From NCBI RefSeq assembly GCF_001194135.2, contig NC_068984.1, forward strand, positions 23,470,551 through 23,534,550: a stretch of 64,000 bases of DNA, given 5' to 3'. Numbering within the stretch: position 1 is the first letter of the stretch; each line of letters opens with the position of its first letter. Source of the DNA: Octopus bimaculoides (Eukaryota). Shown here piece by piece: positions 62,124-64,000 of this stretch. The notes under the pieces are model-generated. The model ran no database searches, was not told the DNA's origin, and saw only the letters and a program-made list of their open reading frames with translations. A program made the translations under genes and the position numbers.

Positions 62124-62924
62124 CATCATCATAATCATATAATCATTTAATGACAGTTATCCATGCTGGCAAGCTGGAAGGCTGCACCAGACTCCAGTCT
62201 GACCTGGCATGGTTTCTACAGCTGGATGCCCTTCCTAACCCCAGCCACTCCAAGAGTGTAATGTATGCTTTTATGTACCACTGGCATGGGTGCCATTTGC
62301 ATGACACCAGTATCTGCCACAACTGCAATTTTATTTGGCTTGATGGGCCTTCTTCAAGCTTAACATAACACCACAGGTCTTGTTCATTCATCGTTGCCTC
62401 CATGAGGCCCCTTTATATAAATATATTTATATATATATACATATATATATATATNNNNNNNNNNNNNNNNNNNNNNNNNNNNNNNNNNNNNNNNNNNNNN
62501 NNNNNNNNNNNNNNNNNNNNNNNNNNNNNNNNNNNNNNNNNNNNNNNNNNNNNNNNNNNNNNNNNNNNNNNNNNNNNNNNNNNNNNNNNNNNNNNNNNNN
62601 NNNNNNNNNNNNNNNNNNNNNNNNNNNNNNNNNNNNNNNNNNNNNNNNNNNNNNNNNNNNNNNNNNNNNNNNNNNNNNNNNNNNNNNNNNNNNNNNNNNN
62701 NNNNNNNNNNNNNNNNNNNNNNNNNNNNNNNNNNNNNNNNNNNNNNNNNNNNNNNNNNNNNNNNNNNNNNNNNNNNNNNNNNNNNNNNNNNNNNNNNNNN
62801 NNNNNNNNNNNNNNNNNNNNNNNNNNNNNNNNNNNNNNNNNNNNNNNNNNNNNNNNNNNNNNNNNNNNNNNNNNNNNNNNNNNNNNNNNNNNNNNNNNNN
62901 NNNNNNNNNNNNNNNNNNNNNNNN

Positions 62925-62975
<51 letters not shown>

Positions 62976-63399
62976 GCACACACACACACACACATACACA
63001 CATATCATCATCATCATTTAATATTTGTTGTCCATGCTGGCATGGGTTGGACAATGTGACCAGAGCTGGCAAGCTGGGAGGGGGGCTGCACCAGACTCCA
63101 GTCTGATTTGGTATGGTTTCTACGGCTGGATACCCTTCCTAGCACCAACCACTTTACAGAGTGTGCTGGGTGCTTTTTACAAAGTACTGCACAGGCACTT
63201 TTATGTGACACCCCACGGGTGATTTTACATGGCACTACACAAGCGCTTTTATTTGATGCCACATGGGCACTTTTATGTGATGTCACAAAGGCACTTTTAC
63301 ATGGCACTACATGGGCACTTTTACATGCCACCGCTCTGAGTGCTTTGCACCACTGGAAGGATCAGTCTTAACACTTCTGCTGTGGGGTATGGGTCTTCT

Positions 63400-63790
63400 T
63401 GAGTATAGGTCATCTCGCCTGAAAGGTTCAGCTTCCTGAGGTCATTCTTCAGTACTTCATCTCATGTCTTCCTGGGTCTCCCACTTCCATGCTTTCCATC
63501 TACTTTGAGAGATCAGCACTTCTTTAAGGTGATGTCAGCACCCATCCACATCACATGACCAAACCAGCACAGTCTTCTCTCTTGCACACAGCAACCAATT
63601 CCTCTTATGCCTAACTTCTCTCTCAGAACACTGGCACTCTGTTGAACATGTACACTTACATTACACATCCAGCAGAGTATACTGGCCTCATTCCTTTCTA
63701 ACCTTCGCATGTCTTCTGCATTCAGGACCTATGTCTCATTACCATGTAGAATTGTTGTCTGTATACATACAATCTTCCTTTCACTTGGAG
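63400..63790 (-). mobile_element. RTE-clade LINE 3' fragment
   Basis: RRLERNEASILCWMCNVSV...LREKLGIRGIGCCVQERRLCWFGHVMWM. Confidence 0.85.
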
Positions 63791-64000
63791 AGAGGGATCT
63801 TTTGTGGCCAACAGAGGTATTATTATTTTATGGTTTTTACTTTGTATTCTATACTTCTTTATTGTGTATTTACTTATTAAATTTTTCTATATGTGACTGG
63901 ATTTTCATGGATGAGTTCATGAACTTTGGTTCTTTTCTCTAAATTATATATTTATATTATATATATGTGTGATTGTGTGTGTGTGTGTGTGTGTGTGTGT

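Noticed and set aside
1-64000. CRISPR arrays or prokaryotic operons
   Set aside because: Spliced eukaryotic genes and SINE/LINE content throughout; no regularly spaced repeat-spacer array.

Overview
AT-rich, repeat-dense eukaryotic DNA, inferred to be from an octopod cephalopod (Octopus-type tRNA-derived SINE families, (AT)n/(CAT)n microsatellites, TTAGGG repeats), with five N gaps. Three protein-coding genes are supported: (1) the first coding exon of an SLC49A4/DIRC2-like MFS transporter on the minus strand (2205-2529; rest of gene outside the window); (2) a complete 13-coding-exon ALG1 beta-1,4-mannosyltransferase on the plus strand (21179-40589, 470 aa); (3) the last three coding exons of an uncharacterised JmjC/cupin-type oxygenase on the minus strand (60476-60611, 57137-57269, 46756-46841). 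A solitary 5S rRNA gene with a Pol III terminator lies at 13678-13797. The rest is SINEs, decayed RTE, CR1/L2 and R4/Dong LINEs, a Tc1/mariner fragment, and hAT- and TTAA-type MITEs. The most notable signals are at least seven hammerhead-ribozyme-like motifs of the minimal type I (Penelope-associated) kind, one apparently fully intact (48515-48627); a MITE built around a divergent telomeric palindrome (14758-15347); and a near-perfect 400-bp fold-back (7321-7724). All coordinates and structures were read by eye and are not computationally verified.
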